A DNA stretch of 64,000 bases, taken from assembly GCA_041653875.1 (NCBI GenBank), contig JBAZEM010000017.1, positions 10 through 64,009 on the forward strand, given 5' to 3'. Shown in pieces: positions 20,150 to 29,614 of this stretch. The notes below the pieces were generated by a model. It did no database searches. It saw only the letters and a list, made by a program, of their open reading frames with translations, and was not told the DNA's origin. This stretch comes from Kiritimatiellia bacterium (lineage in GTDB: Bacteria; Verrucomicrobiota; Kiritimatiellia; JAAZAB01). Position 1 is the first letter of the stretch. Every line of letters begins with the position of its first letter. The position numbers were made by a program, and so were the translations under genes.

Positions 20150-20710
20150 TTAAAAACCGGCGCCCCAGTTCCACCGTTGGATCAGGTGCCAAACCGTGTG
20201 ATTGACCAGCAGGCTGTATAACGCCGCCACGCCATCGTCCACCACGATTCCCAGGCCGCCGGGCAGGCGTTGCAGGCGATTGGCCGGAAACGGCTTGAGC
20301 ACATCGAACACCCGGTTGGTGAAAAAAGCCAGGACGAACACCCCGGGGCAGAGCGGCAAACCCAGCAGGCCGATGGGGAAGGTCATGAACTCGTCGGCCA
20401 CAATGCGCCCATCGTCTTTGCGGCCGAAATGTTTTTCGGCCACATCGCAAATCGGGATGGCCAACAGGAGCAAGCCCAAGGCCGCGATCGCTTGCGCCAT
20501 CAGGGCGCCGCTTCCGGAATACGCCTGGAACGCCGGGTGCGTCCAGAGCGGCGCCAGGATGAACATCAACGGCAAGCCCAGCAGCGTTCCGGCCGTGCCG
20601 CTCGCCACCGGACTAAGCCCCAGGCCGAAACCGGTGGCCAGCAGAACGATCGGTTTGCGCCAGCAAGAAGCTTTGGCTAACTCCATGGATTTGAGAAAAG
20701 GCATGGGCAA
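20150..20710 (-). CDS. pgpA: Phosphatidylglycerophosphatase A
   Basis: LLATGFGLGLSPVASGTAGTLLGLPL PgpA signature, 186 aa membrane protein. Confidence 0.8.
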   Translation of the reverse strand: MPMPFLKSMELAKASCWRKPIVLLATGFGLGLSPVASGTAGTLLGLPLMFILAPLWTHPAFQAYSGSGALMAQAIAALGLLLLAIPICDVAEKHFGRKDDGRIVADEFMTFPIGLLGLPLCPGVFVLAFFTNRVFDVLKPFPANRLQRLPGGLGIVVDDGVAALYSLLVNHTVWHLIQRWNWGAGF

Positions 20711-20797
20711 CAGTTTCGGAAAGTTATTTGTTCCTCGTTCTTCGTTTGCAGATAACGAAGCACAAAGAACGTCGAACCAAGAACTCTTTCGGTTGTG

Positions 20798-23734
20798 TTA
20801 CGAGCACCCCATGGAATTGCCGCAGTTGAAACAACGGTAACAGGCGCCGTTGCGCACGGTAATGGCGCCGCAGTTGGAACAGGGCGGCGCATCGGCCTGC
20901 ATATCCTTGAATTGCGTTGGCGCGCCGGCCTCGGACGGCGCGGCCGTCGCCAACGCGGCGGCCGGGGCAATCTCCGGCTTGGATTCGGCCAGATCCTGAC
21001 CTGGCCGCAGCAATCGCATGGTCTGGTTGCGGCCATCCGGGAAGGTCAGGTCCAGCCAGCGGAAAATGTAATCCACCAGCGACTTGGCATAGGGAATTTC
21101 CGGGTTCTTGGTAAAACCGCTGGGCTCGAAACGGCTGTGGCAGAATTTTTCGATCAGTGTGCTGAGCGGAACGCCGTACTGGAGGCACATGGAAATGGCG
21201 GTGCCGAAGGCATCCATAATGCCGCCGACGGTGCTGCCTTCCTTGGCCATGGTGATGAACAGTTCCCCCGGCGTGCCGTCTTCGTAAAGGCCCACGGTCA
21301 GGTAGCCCTGGTGTCCGCCCACCTCGAACTTGTGCGTGATGGACTGGCGCGTCAAGGGCATGCGGTGCCGGAAAGGCTTGGGGACGGACGGCACGGATTC
21401 GGCGCTCTCCGGCGCGGGCGAGGCTTCGCCCGTTTTGCTCGTGGTGACCGGTTGAATGCCTTTTGAGCCGTCGCGGTAAATGGCCACGGCTTTCAGTCCC
21501 AGTTTCCAGCCATCCATGAACACCTGGAACACGTCCTTGGCGGTGGCCGTGGCGGGCATATTGATGGTTTTGCTGATCGCGCCGGAAAGAAACGGCTGGA
21601 CGGCCGCCATCATTTTCAGGTGGGCGTGATAGTCGATAAAGCGCGTGCCCTTCTTGGGCTTGAAGGCGCAGTCGAAGACCTTGAGGTGTTCCGGGCTCAG
21701 GCCGGGCGCTTCTTCGATCGTATCGTGCTCGTTCACGTGCGCCAGCATCGCGGCGATCTGCTCGTTCGTGTATCCCAGGCGTTTCAGCGCGATCGGCAGG
21801 GTCTGGTTGATGATTTTAAACATTCCGCCGTCGGCCATTTGTTTATATTTGACCAGGGCGATATCGGGTTCCACGCCGGTGGTGTCGCAGTCCATCATGA
21901 ATCCGATCGTGCCGGTCGGCGCCAGCACGGTGACCTGGGCGTTGCGAAATCCGAAGCGCCGTCCGGCTTCGATGGCGTTGTCCCAGGACTGGTGGGCTTC
22001 GCGCGTGAGCGCCGAAATCCATTGATCGTGCTTGACGCGGCTTAAGCTCTCCCGATGCATGTCCAGCACGGCCAGCATGGATGCGCTGTTTTTGGCGTAT
22101 TCCTCGAAAGGCCCCCGCGTGGCGGCAATCTCCGCCGAGGCCGTGTAGGCGTAACCGGTCAGGAGCGCGGTGACCGCGCCGGCAAAGGCGCGCCCCTCGT
22201 CGCTGTCGTAGGGCTTGCCCAGGCTCATGATCAGGGCGCCCAGGTTGGCATAACCCAAGCCGAGGGGCCGGAACAAATGCGAGTTTTCGGCGATCTCCTG
22301 CGTCGGGTAACTGCCGTTGTCCACCAGGATGTCCTGGGCGATGATCAGGAGGCGCACCACGTGTTGGAAGCGCTGGACATCGAACACGTGCTGGGCATCC
22401 GAGAACTTCGTCAGATTGATGGACGCCAGATTACAGGCGCTGTTGTCCACAAACATGTATTCCGAGCAGGGATTGCTGGCGTTGATTCGTCCGCTGGCCG
22501 GACAGGTATGCCAACGGTTGATGGTGGTGTCGTATTGCAAGCCGGGGTCGCCGCAGAAGTGGGCCGCTTCGGCGGCGCTCTGCATCACCGCGCGCGCCTC
22601 CAGCACTTCCACAATCTCGCCGGTCGTCACGGCGCGCGTGTGCCAGACCGTGCCCGCATCCACGGCCTTCATAAACTCGTCCGAGACCCGCACCGAAAGG
22701 TTGGCGTTCTGGAACATCACCGAGGAATAGGCTTCGCCGTTGAAAGAGCCGTCATAGCCGGCCTCGATCAGGGCGCGGGCTTTCTTTTCCTCGTTCACCT
22801 TACACTGGATAAAGTCCGCAATGTCGGGATGGTCAACCTTGAGGCTCTGCATCTTGGCGGCGCGGCGCGTCTTGCCGCCGGACTTGATCACCGCGGCGAC
22901 CTGATCGAACACGCGCATAAAGCTCAGCGGCCCCGAGGGCGCGCCGCCGCCGGAAAGTTTTTCGCGGCTGCTGCGCAAGGTGCTCAGGTCCGTGCCGGTG
23001 CCGGAGCCGTACTTGAAGAGCATGGCCTCCGATCCGGCCAGGCGCATGATGTCCTCCATGCTGTCGGCCACCGATTGAATGAAACAGGCCGACGACTGCG
23101 GATGCTTGTAAGAATCGTTGGTGCGCTCGATCCTGGCCGCCTCCGGGTTCCAGTAATAGCAGGCCTTGTTGGCGGAGGAGAGCCCATACACCTGGTGAAG
23201 TCCCACGTTGAACCAGACCGGACTGTTGAAGGCGCCATATTGATTCGCGCAGATGTAGGTCAACTCGCGGTAAAACGTCTCGGTATCCGCGGGGGTTGCG
23301 AAGTAGCCGTCCCGCGCGCCCCAGTCGGCAATCGTGCGCGCCACGCGATGCACCAACTGGCGCAGGGATTTTTCCTGGATATCCATGCCGTGCGCGCCGT
23401 AAAAATATTTGGAGGCCACAATATTGGTGGCCAGCATGGACCAGGATTTCGGCACTTCGATCTCGTTGGATTCGAACACCACCGCGCCTTTGTCGTTCTT
23501 GATGACGGCGCGCCGCTTTTCCCATTCGATTTCATCGAAAGGATCGACCCCGGGGCGGGTAAACAGCGGTGTCACAGCCAGGCCTTTTTTTCGCGCAGTT
23601 TGATTCGGGGCCTGGGTTTGGCCGCTTTTGCGTGAATTCCTTGTTTTGGGCGCACCGTTTATGGTCGTGCCCGCGTCAGTTTTGCTGATATCCAAATCCA
23701 AAATCACCCCGGCAGGCTCACGCGTTTCAAGCAT
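20798..23734 (-). CDS. nrdJ: Adenosylcobalamin-dependent (class II) ribonucleoside-diphosphate reductase
   Basis: 978 aa; RNR catalytic barrel motifs (NPCSEY, active-site Cys/Glu region); C-terminal CSNCG...CYRCFNCG zinc ribbon typical of NrdJ. Confidence 0.9.
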   Translation of the reverse strand: MLETREPAGVILDLDISKTDAGTTINGAPKTRNSRKSGQTQAPNQTARKKGLAVTPLFTRPGVDPFDEIEWEKRRAVIKNDKGAVVFESNEIEVPKSWSMLATNIVASKYFYGAHGMDIQEKSLRQLVHRVARTIADWGARDGYFATPADTETFYRELTYICANQYGAFNSPVWFNVGLHQVYGLSSANKACYYWNPEAARIERTNDSYKHPQSSACFIQSVADSMEDIMRLAGSEAMLFKYGSGTGTDLSTLRSSREKLSGGGAPSGPLSFMRVFDQVAAVIKSGGKTRRAAKMQSLKVDHPDIADFIQCKVNEEKKARALIEAGYDGSFNGEAYSSVMFQNANLSVRVSDEFMKAVDAGTVWHTRAVTTGEIVEVLEARAVMQSAAEAAHFCGDPGLQYDTTINRWHTCPASGRINASNPCSEYMFVDNSACNLASINLTKFSDAQHVFDVQRFQHVVRLLIIAQDILVDNGSYPTQEIAENSHLFRPLGLGYANLGALIMSLGKPYDSDEGRAFAGAVTALLTGYAYTASAEIAATRGPFEEYAKNSASMLAVLDMHRESLSRVKHDQWISALTREAHQSWDNAIEAGRRFGFRNAQVTVLAPTGTIGFMMDCDTTGVEPDIALVKYKQMADGGMFKIINQTLPIALKRLGYTNEQIAAMLAHVNEHDTIEEAPGLSPEHLKVFDCAFKPKKGTRFIDYHAHLKMMAAVQPFLSGAISKTINMPATATAKDVFQVFMDGWKLGLKAVAIYRDGSKGIQPVTTSKTGEASPAPESAESVPSVPKPFRHRMPLTRQSITHKFEVGGHQGYLTVGLYEDGTPGELFITMAKEGSTVGGIMDAFGTAISMCLQYGVPLSTLIEKFCHSRFEPSGFTKNPEIPYAKSLVDYIFRWLDLTFPDGRNQTMRLLRPGQDLAESKPEIAPAAALATAAPSEAGAPTQFKDMQADAPPCSNCGAITVRNGACYRCFNCGNSMGCS

Positions 23735-23934
23735 AACACACTCTCCTAAATAGCTGAAAGAACGTCAATTTCCGCCTTAGGCGGATCTGCCTATGGCATG
23801 AAAGGCCGTTTTTTCCGCAAATTATCCACCACTACATATGCTACTAAAATAAGGTCTTTTAAATTATTACCACTACCTGTAGTGTATTCCAAGAAAAAAA
23901 TAAATTTATTTTTTAATCCTGTAAGTGGTTCATT

Positions 23935-24330
23935 ATAACGCGATTGCCGGAACTACCAACTGAAAACGCGACAGAGCCGGTCGTTCTGCATAGCGAAGGC
24001 TTCTTTCGCGGCGAACCGCAACTACACCCCTGGCCGCGTTCGGGTACGTTTGGTAGAACGGTATAGTCGCTTGATGTACAGGAAGTTCAATGTTGTAGCC
24101 GTCGGACGATAGGCCGACGTTTCTTTCCAACCATCGCGAGCCTACCTGCCCGCAATGCTGCGCATAGCGCTGCAGGCGGGTTGTCTCGCGGCTACAGATT
24201 CGCCACCTTTGGCGGCCTAATTAAATGTACAGGAATTTTCCGCCATAGGCGGATCCGCCTACGGCGGACAAAGTTGTAGACTTCTGAGCTGGTTATAAGT
24301 CACGAGACGACAGGCTCGTACGATTGGCTT
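23935..24330. repeat. Family H hairpin-mosaic element upstream of nrdJ / downstream of der
   Basis: Shares gaaccgcaactacacc, ttgtagccg...cgataggc, ggcggatccgcctacggcgg modules with 3836-4200. Confidence 0.65.
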
Positions 24331-24352
24331 GAAAACGCCAGGCTCCGGACGG

Positions 24353-25834
24353 TTATCTCCGCCGCAAACGGACCAACCCCCGGCGGGTAGTGCCCGGCGC
24401 CCGCCGGCGCCAAGGTTGTTTCGGACTGGCGGAACGATGGCCCGTTTTGTTTGCCGGTGCGCCGGACTGCGCAACACGTTGTTTCAATTGAAAAACGATG
24501 GGCGCTCCCTCCAGGCCGAATGTTTTACGCAAGGCGCCTGTCAAGTATGCTTCGTAGGCGGGAATTAGTTTAGTGGCATCGTTCACAAAGAGCAAGATCG
24601 TTATCGGCTTGACGCCCACCTGCGTGGCGTAAAATATTTTCAGGCGCTTGCCTTTGACGTAGGGCGGCGCGACCCGCTCGTAGGCCTGGATCAGGGTGCG
24701 ATTCAATATGCCGGTGGGCAATTGTGCGCCGACCTGGGCCGCCACGGCATCCATGGTCTCGATGGAGCGCCGGATGTTGAATCCGGTTTTGGACGAGATA
24801 AACACAGCCGGCGCCGAACTTAAAAACGGCACGGCCTTGCCCAGCGCCTCGCGATATTCGCTTTCGGACCATTTGGTCATCAAATCCCACTTGGTGATCA
24901 GCAGCAGACACCCTTTGCGATGCTCCTGAATCAGGCTGGCGATGGTTTTATCTTGCGCCGTCGGTCCCTGGGTGGCGTCAAGCACGAGCGCCACGACGTC
25001 CGCGCCGGCAATACTGCGTGTGGCGCGATCGAGGCTGAAAAACTCCACAGCCTGGCGGATTTTGCCCGTGCGCCGGATGCCGGCGGTGTCGGTCAGCACA
25101 TAATGCCGCGCCTGAAAATCCCGGCCGACCGTGAAGGGAATTTCAACGCTGTCGCGCGTGGTGCCGGGCATGGCCGACACGATGACCCGGTCGCTTTGCA
25201 GCAGCCGGTTAATGAACGACGATTTGCCGACGTTCGGCCGGCCGACGATCGTCACCCGCAAGGGCGCCCGGGGCGGCAAGTTTTCCATTTCCGGCAGGGC
25301 CGGCAGGACGGCGGCCATCAAGGCCTTGAATCCACGGTTATGGGCGGCGGAAACGGGAAATACGTCGAACCCGAAGGACTCGAAGGCGGCGGACTGCGCG
25401 TCGCGTCCGGCATAATCGGCCTTGTTGGCAGCGACAAAAACGCGCTTGCCGCTCTTGCGCAGAAAATCGGCCACTTCCATATCCTGGGGCAGAACGCCGG
25501 TTTCCACGTCGGTGACAAAAATAATGGCGGACGCATCCTGGACGGCAATTTCGACCTGGCGCCGCACGAGGGTTTCCAGGCGCTCGCCGGGCAGGATCGC
25601 GGGGTCATCCGGCGCCTCAAGCCGGCCCAGGCCGCCGGTATCGATCAACTCGAAGCGGCGGGCGCCCCAGCACACTTCGCGCATCAGCCGGTCGCGGGTC
25701 ACGCCGCGTTCGGCGTGGACGATCGCCACCCGTCCGCCCGCCAGCCGGTTGAAGATGGACGACTTGCCGACATTCGGCCGGCCGACAATCGCCACCGCGC
25801 CGGGCGTATTTTGTTTCGAAAGCGATTCCGTCAT
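24353..25834 (-). CDS. der: Ribosome biogenesis GTPase Der (EngA)
   Basis: Two tandem GTPase domains (GRPNVGKSS twice), KH-like C-terminus; basic C-terminal extension. Confidence 0.9.
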   Translation of the reverse strand: MTESLSKQNTPGAVAIVGRPNVGKSSIFNRLAGGRVAIVHAERGVTRDRLMREVCWGARRFELIDTGGLGRLEAPDDPAILPGERLETLVRRQVEIAVQDASAIIFVTDVETGVLPQDMEVADFLRKSGKRVFVAANKADYAGRDAQSAAFESFGFDVFPVSAAHNRGFKALMAAVLPALPEMENLPPRAPLRVTIVGRPNVGKSSFINRLLQSDRVIVSAMPGTTRDSVEIPFTVGRDFQARHYVLTDTAGIRRTGKIRQAVEFFSLDRATRSIAGADVVALVLDATQGPTAQDKTIASLIQEHRKGCLLLITKWDLMTKWSESEYREALGKAVPFLSSAPAVFISSKTGFNIRRSIETMDAVAAQVGAQLPTGILNRTLIQAYERVAPPYVKGKRLKIFYATQVGVKPITILLFVNDATKLIPAYEAYLTGALRKTFGLEGAPIVFQLKQRVAQSGAPANKTGHRSASPKQPWRRRAPGTTRRGLVRLRRR

Positions 25835-25990
25835 GGTGTTTTTTTACCTCTTTGGATTAATCCGCTTAGCATACCGCAAATGAGCCGGTAAAAAACAGCA
25901 ATTATTAATCTTTGCATCTTCGCGCCTTTGCGTTAAATTGCCCTCGCCCGCTGAATCAGTTTCAGATTATCGAACGATTCTGTCATTATC

Positions 25991-26010
25991 CATTGACCAT
26001 CAACCATTCC
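25991..26010. repeat. ACCATTGACCATCAACC word (single copy) upstream of purH-N start
   Basis: cattgaccatcaaccattcc, identical to the arm words at 41776-41861. Confidence 0.5.
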
Positions 26011-26021
26011 TGAGGAAAGCC

Positions 26022-26705
26022 ATGGCGATTAATTTTGTGGAACAGATCGATGACGCAGTGCGCATTAAGAATGTGCTGGTGAGCGTGTCGGACAAGGCCG
26101 GACTGGAGGCGTTTATTCCCGAACTGGCGCGGATCAATCCGTCGCTGACCCTGTATTCCACGGGCGGCACGTTCCAGGCGCTCCGGGAATGCCTGGGCGC
26201 GGGCTTGGCCAAAAAGCATCTGGTGCAAGTCTCCGACTACACCGGCCAGCCGGAGATGCAGGGCGGATTGGTCAAAACGCTGGACTTCAAAATCTACCTG
26301 GGCCTGTTAAGCGAGACCTATAATCCGGCGCATACGGCGGATTTGGAGCGCGTCCAAGGCGTGGCCATCGACATGGTGATCGTTAACCTCTATCCCTTTG
26401 CCCAAACTATCGCCCAGCGCGGGGTGACCCCCGAGCAGGCGCGGGCCAACATCGACATCGGCGGACCGTGCATGGTGCGCGCCGCGGCTAAAAATTTCCT
26501 GCGCGTGGCCTCCGTCACCGATCCGGCCGATTACCCCGCCATCGCGGCGGAACTGAAAGCGGCCGGGGGCAAGCTGGCGCTCAAGACCCGTTTCGGCCTG
26601 GCCTGCAAGGCTTTTGCCCATACCGCCGCCTACGATGCCGCCATTGCCGCCTACCTCGCCCAATGCCCCTTCGATGCCGCGCGAAAAACCTACCGGATTA
26701 ACTGA
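26022..26705 (+). CDS. Stand-alone IMP cyclohydrolase domain (PurH N-terminal/MGS-like domain only)
   Basis: VSVSDKAGL...STGGT...DYTGQPEMQGGLVKTL...VIVNLYPF...IDIGGPCMVRAAAKNF...KAFAHTAAYD matches PurH residues ~1-200. The ORF stops there and no AICAR transformylase domain follows in any frame. Confidence 0.7.
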   Translation: MAINFVEQIDDAVRIKNVLVSVSDKAGLEAFIPELARINPSLTLYSTGGTFQALRECLGAGLAKKHLVQVSDYTGQPEMQGGLVKTLDFKIYLGLLSETYNPAHTADLERVQGVAIDMVIVNLYPFAQTIAQRGVTPEQARANIDIGGPCMVRAAAKNFLRVASVTDPADYPAIAAELKAAGGKLALKTRFGLACKAFAHTAAYDAAIAAYLAQCPFDAARKTYRIN

Positions 26706-26873
26706 GAATACGGGCCGTCGAAAAGAACGGCGGGTTCGGGCTTGCGCGCGTCCAGAATGGACATTGCCAAACCGGAGCGTTTCGGGTAGTTTCATGCCAT
26801 GGGCAAATACCACCAATAATGAGCTAAGGGAGGCGCGATTATGGCAAGCGGCAGGCTCGGGCGAGGATTAACC

Positions 26874-28391
26874 ATGGCGCTATGTTCCGCGCTGCTGTTC
26901 GCCGGTTGTCGGGAGGACTCCGCCAGGAAAGCCTACCGGCAAGGCATACAGGATCTCGATCAGGGGCGTTATGCCCAGAGCATCCGGCTGTTGCAGAAGA
27001 GCGCCGCGCTCGGCGGCACAAATGCGCCCATGGCCGCCATTTATAATGGCCTGGGTATCGCTTATTACCGCATTGGCCAGCCTGAAAATGCCCTGGGTTC
27101 TTTCGAGGCGAGCACCCGGCTGGACCCCAAATTCGCGGAACCGGTCTATAACACCGGCGTCATTATGGCCGAATCCGGGCGTGAAACTCAAGCGGCGGCT
27201 TGCTTCGAAAAGGCGGCGTTATTGGATCCTTCCGGTACGCGCGCGCTCGAATATTTGGGCCGCATTTTTTACCGGAATCAGCGCTGGGGCGATGTTCGCA
27301 AGACCCTGGACGAGGCGCGTCGGCGCGCGCCCCGCGAACCCCGTGTCCTGACCGCCATGGCGCTCCTGGAGCTTCAAGTCACCAACGTGGCTCTGGCCAT
27401 TTCCTGTCTGCAGGAAGCGTTGGAGCATGACGCCGGTTACGCCCCGGCGCTTTATAATCTGGCCGTTGTGAATCACCTCTGGCTGAAAAACGACAATCAG
27501 GCGGCGCCGTTGTTCAAGGATTACCTGCGGCTGGCGCCGAAAGGGGAGGGCGCCGAAAAAGCCTCGCAGATACTCGCGGACATTAAGAAGCTGTCCTCGG
27601 CCGCCGGCGCCGAGGAAACTCCGGTTGTTGCGCCGCCGGCCGTCAATGCATCCGTTCCCCCCGTTTCGCCCGCGCCTGCCGACAAAACCGGGCAACAGCC
27701 GGCGTCGCCCACCCTTGGCGCAGCCAAGGCGCCGTTGCCGGCCGCCTCGCCGTCCTGCGAGGAATTATTGCGGGTTGCCCGGAAACTGGAACAACAGGAC
27801 CGTTTTGAAGCCGCCATCAACAATTATCTGCTTGCGGCGCGTGAAGCCGAACGTGTGGGCAAGCCTTCGATTCGGGATCAGGCCGCGCGGGAGGCCAATG
27901 GGCTCTGCGCGCAGAACGCCCGCGCCCATTACGAAGTGGGCCTGTATTGGGATGGGCGCGGCCGGCCGGATGAAGCCCTGTCCCATTTGAAACAGGCCGC
28001 GGAATTGAGCAACACCTGGTACGAGGCGCACTTCGCGGTGGCCCGCGTGGCGGCGGATAAAAACGAGTTCGATACGGCTTTGGTTTCGTTGAAAAAGGCG
28101 GACCAAAGCCGCCCCGACCGGCCCGAAGCATTGTGGATGCTGGCGCAGTTGTATGACCATAATCTCGGTTTGACCAACCAGGCGATTCAGGCTTACGAAC
28201 TGTTCGAACAGCGGTTTGGCGGCGGCGGGCGGAACAGCGATGGGCGCTCCGCGGATGGGCGCGCGCGCCTAAAAGAGCTGAAGGATGCCACGGAGGAAAA
28301 CATGCGCCCATCCACTCCCGCTAAAACCAATGCGCCGACCCATTGGTGGTGGCCGTTCAAGGCACAGCCGCAGAAAAATCCGGAAAATTGA
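26874..28391 (+). CDS. TPR-repeat lipoprotein
   Basis: MALCSALLFAGC lipobox, multiple TPR-like helical repeats, low-complexity Ala/Pro linker. Confidence 0.6.
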   Translation: MALCSALLFAGCREDSARKAYRQGIQDLDQGRYAQSIRLLQKSAALGGTNAPMAAIYNGLGIAYYRIGQPENALGSFEASTRLDPKFAEPVYNTGVIMAESGRETQAAACFEKAALLDPSGTRALEYLGRIFYRNQRWGDVRKTLDEARRRAPREPRVLTAMALLELQVTNVALAISCLQEALEHDAGYAPALYNLAVVNHLWLKNDNQAAPLFKDYLRLAPKGEGAEKASQILADIKKLSSAAGAEETPVVAPPAVNASVPPVSPAPADKTGQQPASPTLGAAKAPLPAASPSCEELLRVARKLEQQDRFEAAINNYLLAAREAERVGKPSIRDQAAREANGLCAQNARAHYEVGLYWDGRGRPDEALSHLKQAAELSNTWYEAHFAVARVAADKNEFDTALVSLKKADQSRPDRPEALWMLAQLYDHNLGLTNQAIQAYELFEQRFGGGGRNSDGRSADGRARLKELKDATEENMRPSTPAKTNAPTHWWWPFKAQPQKNPEN

Positions 28392-28483
28392 TGCTGTGGC
28401 GGGATTGATTTAAGGGCCCGGTATGGCCGAATGCGGGCGCAACTAAATTTTAGTTGCAAACGCAATGGCGGTTGTGTATCTTT

Positions 28484-28738
28484 ATGAGCAAGAAAGAAAA
28501 ACTCCTGATTCGATTCCTGGCAAAGCCGTGTCCAAAAGATTTCTCATGGGCGGAATTAGAGATACTGATGCGGCATTTTAATTATAATGAACTGAGTGGA
28601 AGTGGCTCGAGACGGAAGTTCATTCATCCTGGGACGAAACATATCATTAGCCTGCACAAGCGACATCCCGACGATACCTTGTTGGAGTACCAGATTAAAG
28701 GCGTAAAAGAGTCTCTTGAACAGCAAGGAATCATATGA
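28484..28738 (+). CDS. hicA: HicA-family mRNA interferase toxin
   Basis: Start MSKKEKLLIRFLAK; YcfA/HicA-like ~84 aa with RKFIHPGTKHIISLHKRH; 4-nt overlap with hicB. Confidence 0.7.
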   Translation: MSKKEKLLIRFLAKPCPKDFSWAELEILMRHFNYNELSGSGSRRKFIHPGTKHIISLHKRHPDDTLLEYQIKGVKESLEQQGII

Positions 28739-29202
28739 ATGATTGTTTGGAATACAAGGGGTATCTTGGTTCAGTTGAAGTCTGTCTTGAAAACAGGTGT
28801 TTTCATGGACGCATAGAGTTTATCGAGGATCTCATCACCTTTGAGGCGGTAGCGTTCGATGAGCTTGAACGTGAATTTCATCTTGCTGTCGATGATTACC
28901 TTTTGACCTGCAAACAGGTCGACAAGGAACCGGATAAACCTTTCAAAGGCACTTTCAATGTCCGTGTGGGATCCGATATTCATAGGCGCGCGGCTCTTTC
29001 TGCACGCAAGAGCGGCCATAGTCTCAATGACTTTGTAAAAGAGGCCATTGAGAGGCGCGTTGATGAAGAAAAACAGGTCGTGCACTATGAGCACACAGTC
29101 CGCCATACATTCGCATTCGAACGCATCGAACCCGCCATATTTTCCAGACCGGCACAGAATTTTGGAGAACACACATGGAACCGAGTCGCCCGGCAGAATT
29201 AA
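28735..29202 (+). CDS. hicB: HicB-family antitoxin
   Basis: YKGYLGSVE...HGRIEFIEDLITFEA N-terminal HicB fold and a C-terminal RHH-like segment (SDIHRRAALSARKSGHSLNDFVKEAIER). Confidence 0.7.
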   Translation: MNDCLEYKGYLGSVEVCLENRCFHGRIEFIEDLITFEAVAFDELEREFHLAVDDYLLTCKQVDKEPDKPFKGTFNVRVGSDIHRRAALSARKSGHSLNDFVKEAIERRVDEEKQVVHYEHTVRHTFAFERIEPAIFSRPAQNFGEHTWNRVARQN

Positions 29203-29612
29203 AAGGCATCGTGTTTGAAAAAACGGAAATAACGGGCACGGAGTTTAAGATATTGAAAAAGCCCGGCAAGGATGTCCATGGGTATATAAAGTTCAATTTG
29301 AATATCCTTCCTGAATTCAAGGCGGAACCCGAAACAAAGTTGCCGCATTCTTTCAAGCTCAAGACAGAAGCGCTTTTACAAGCCTTTTCTGGCGACATGG
29401 GAAAAAGCCCGCCTGAAGGCGAAGAACTAATGTCGTGCAAGGTGCAACTGGTTCTTAATTACCGCATTCAAGAGCCGCACTACACAGACGAAGAAATTAA
29501 AAAATATCTCTGGTGCTTTCAGTCACAGGCGGCGGTGGTTGTGCGCGGTTATTTGCGTGACTTGTTGAGAGACACCGCTTTTGCGTCTATTCCAATCCAT
29601 GTGGATGCTTAA
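29175..29612 (+). CDS. Hypothetical protein (unknown family), AT-rich cassette
   Basis: 145-aa ORF at ~45% GC, directly after hicAB and 3 nt before cvpA; no recognisable motif. Confidence 0.4.
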   Translation: MEPSRPAELKGIVFEKTEITGTEFKILKKPGKDVHGYIKFNLNILPEFKAEPETKLPHSFKLKTEALLQAFSGDMGKSPPEGEELMSCKVQLVLNYRIQEPHYTDEEIKKYLWCFQSQAAVVVRGYLRDLLRDTAFASIPIHVDA

Positions 29613-29614
29613 CC

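Noticed and set aside
20795-23635. Several long + strand ORFs (223, 141, 526 aa) overlapping nrdJ
   Set aside because: They are antisense to a confidently identified class II RNR and are Ala/Gly/Arg-rich with no motifs. Long antisense ORFs of this kind also overlap lpxB (53908..55050 -), the aminotransferase (56084..57061 -), rarA (10813..11868 +) and mcrB (48594..49484 +).
23829-23884. Canonical NrdR boxes upstream of nrdJ
   Set aside because: Only the left half-sites (CACTA) fit the acaCwAtATaTwGtgt consensus and the centre-to-centre spacing (~40 bp) is not the usual 31-32 bp. Kept as a generic palindromic operator candidate instead.
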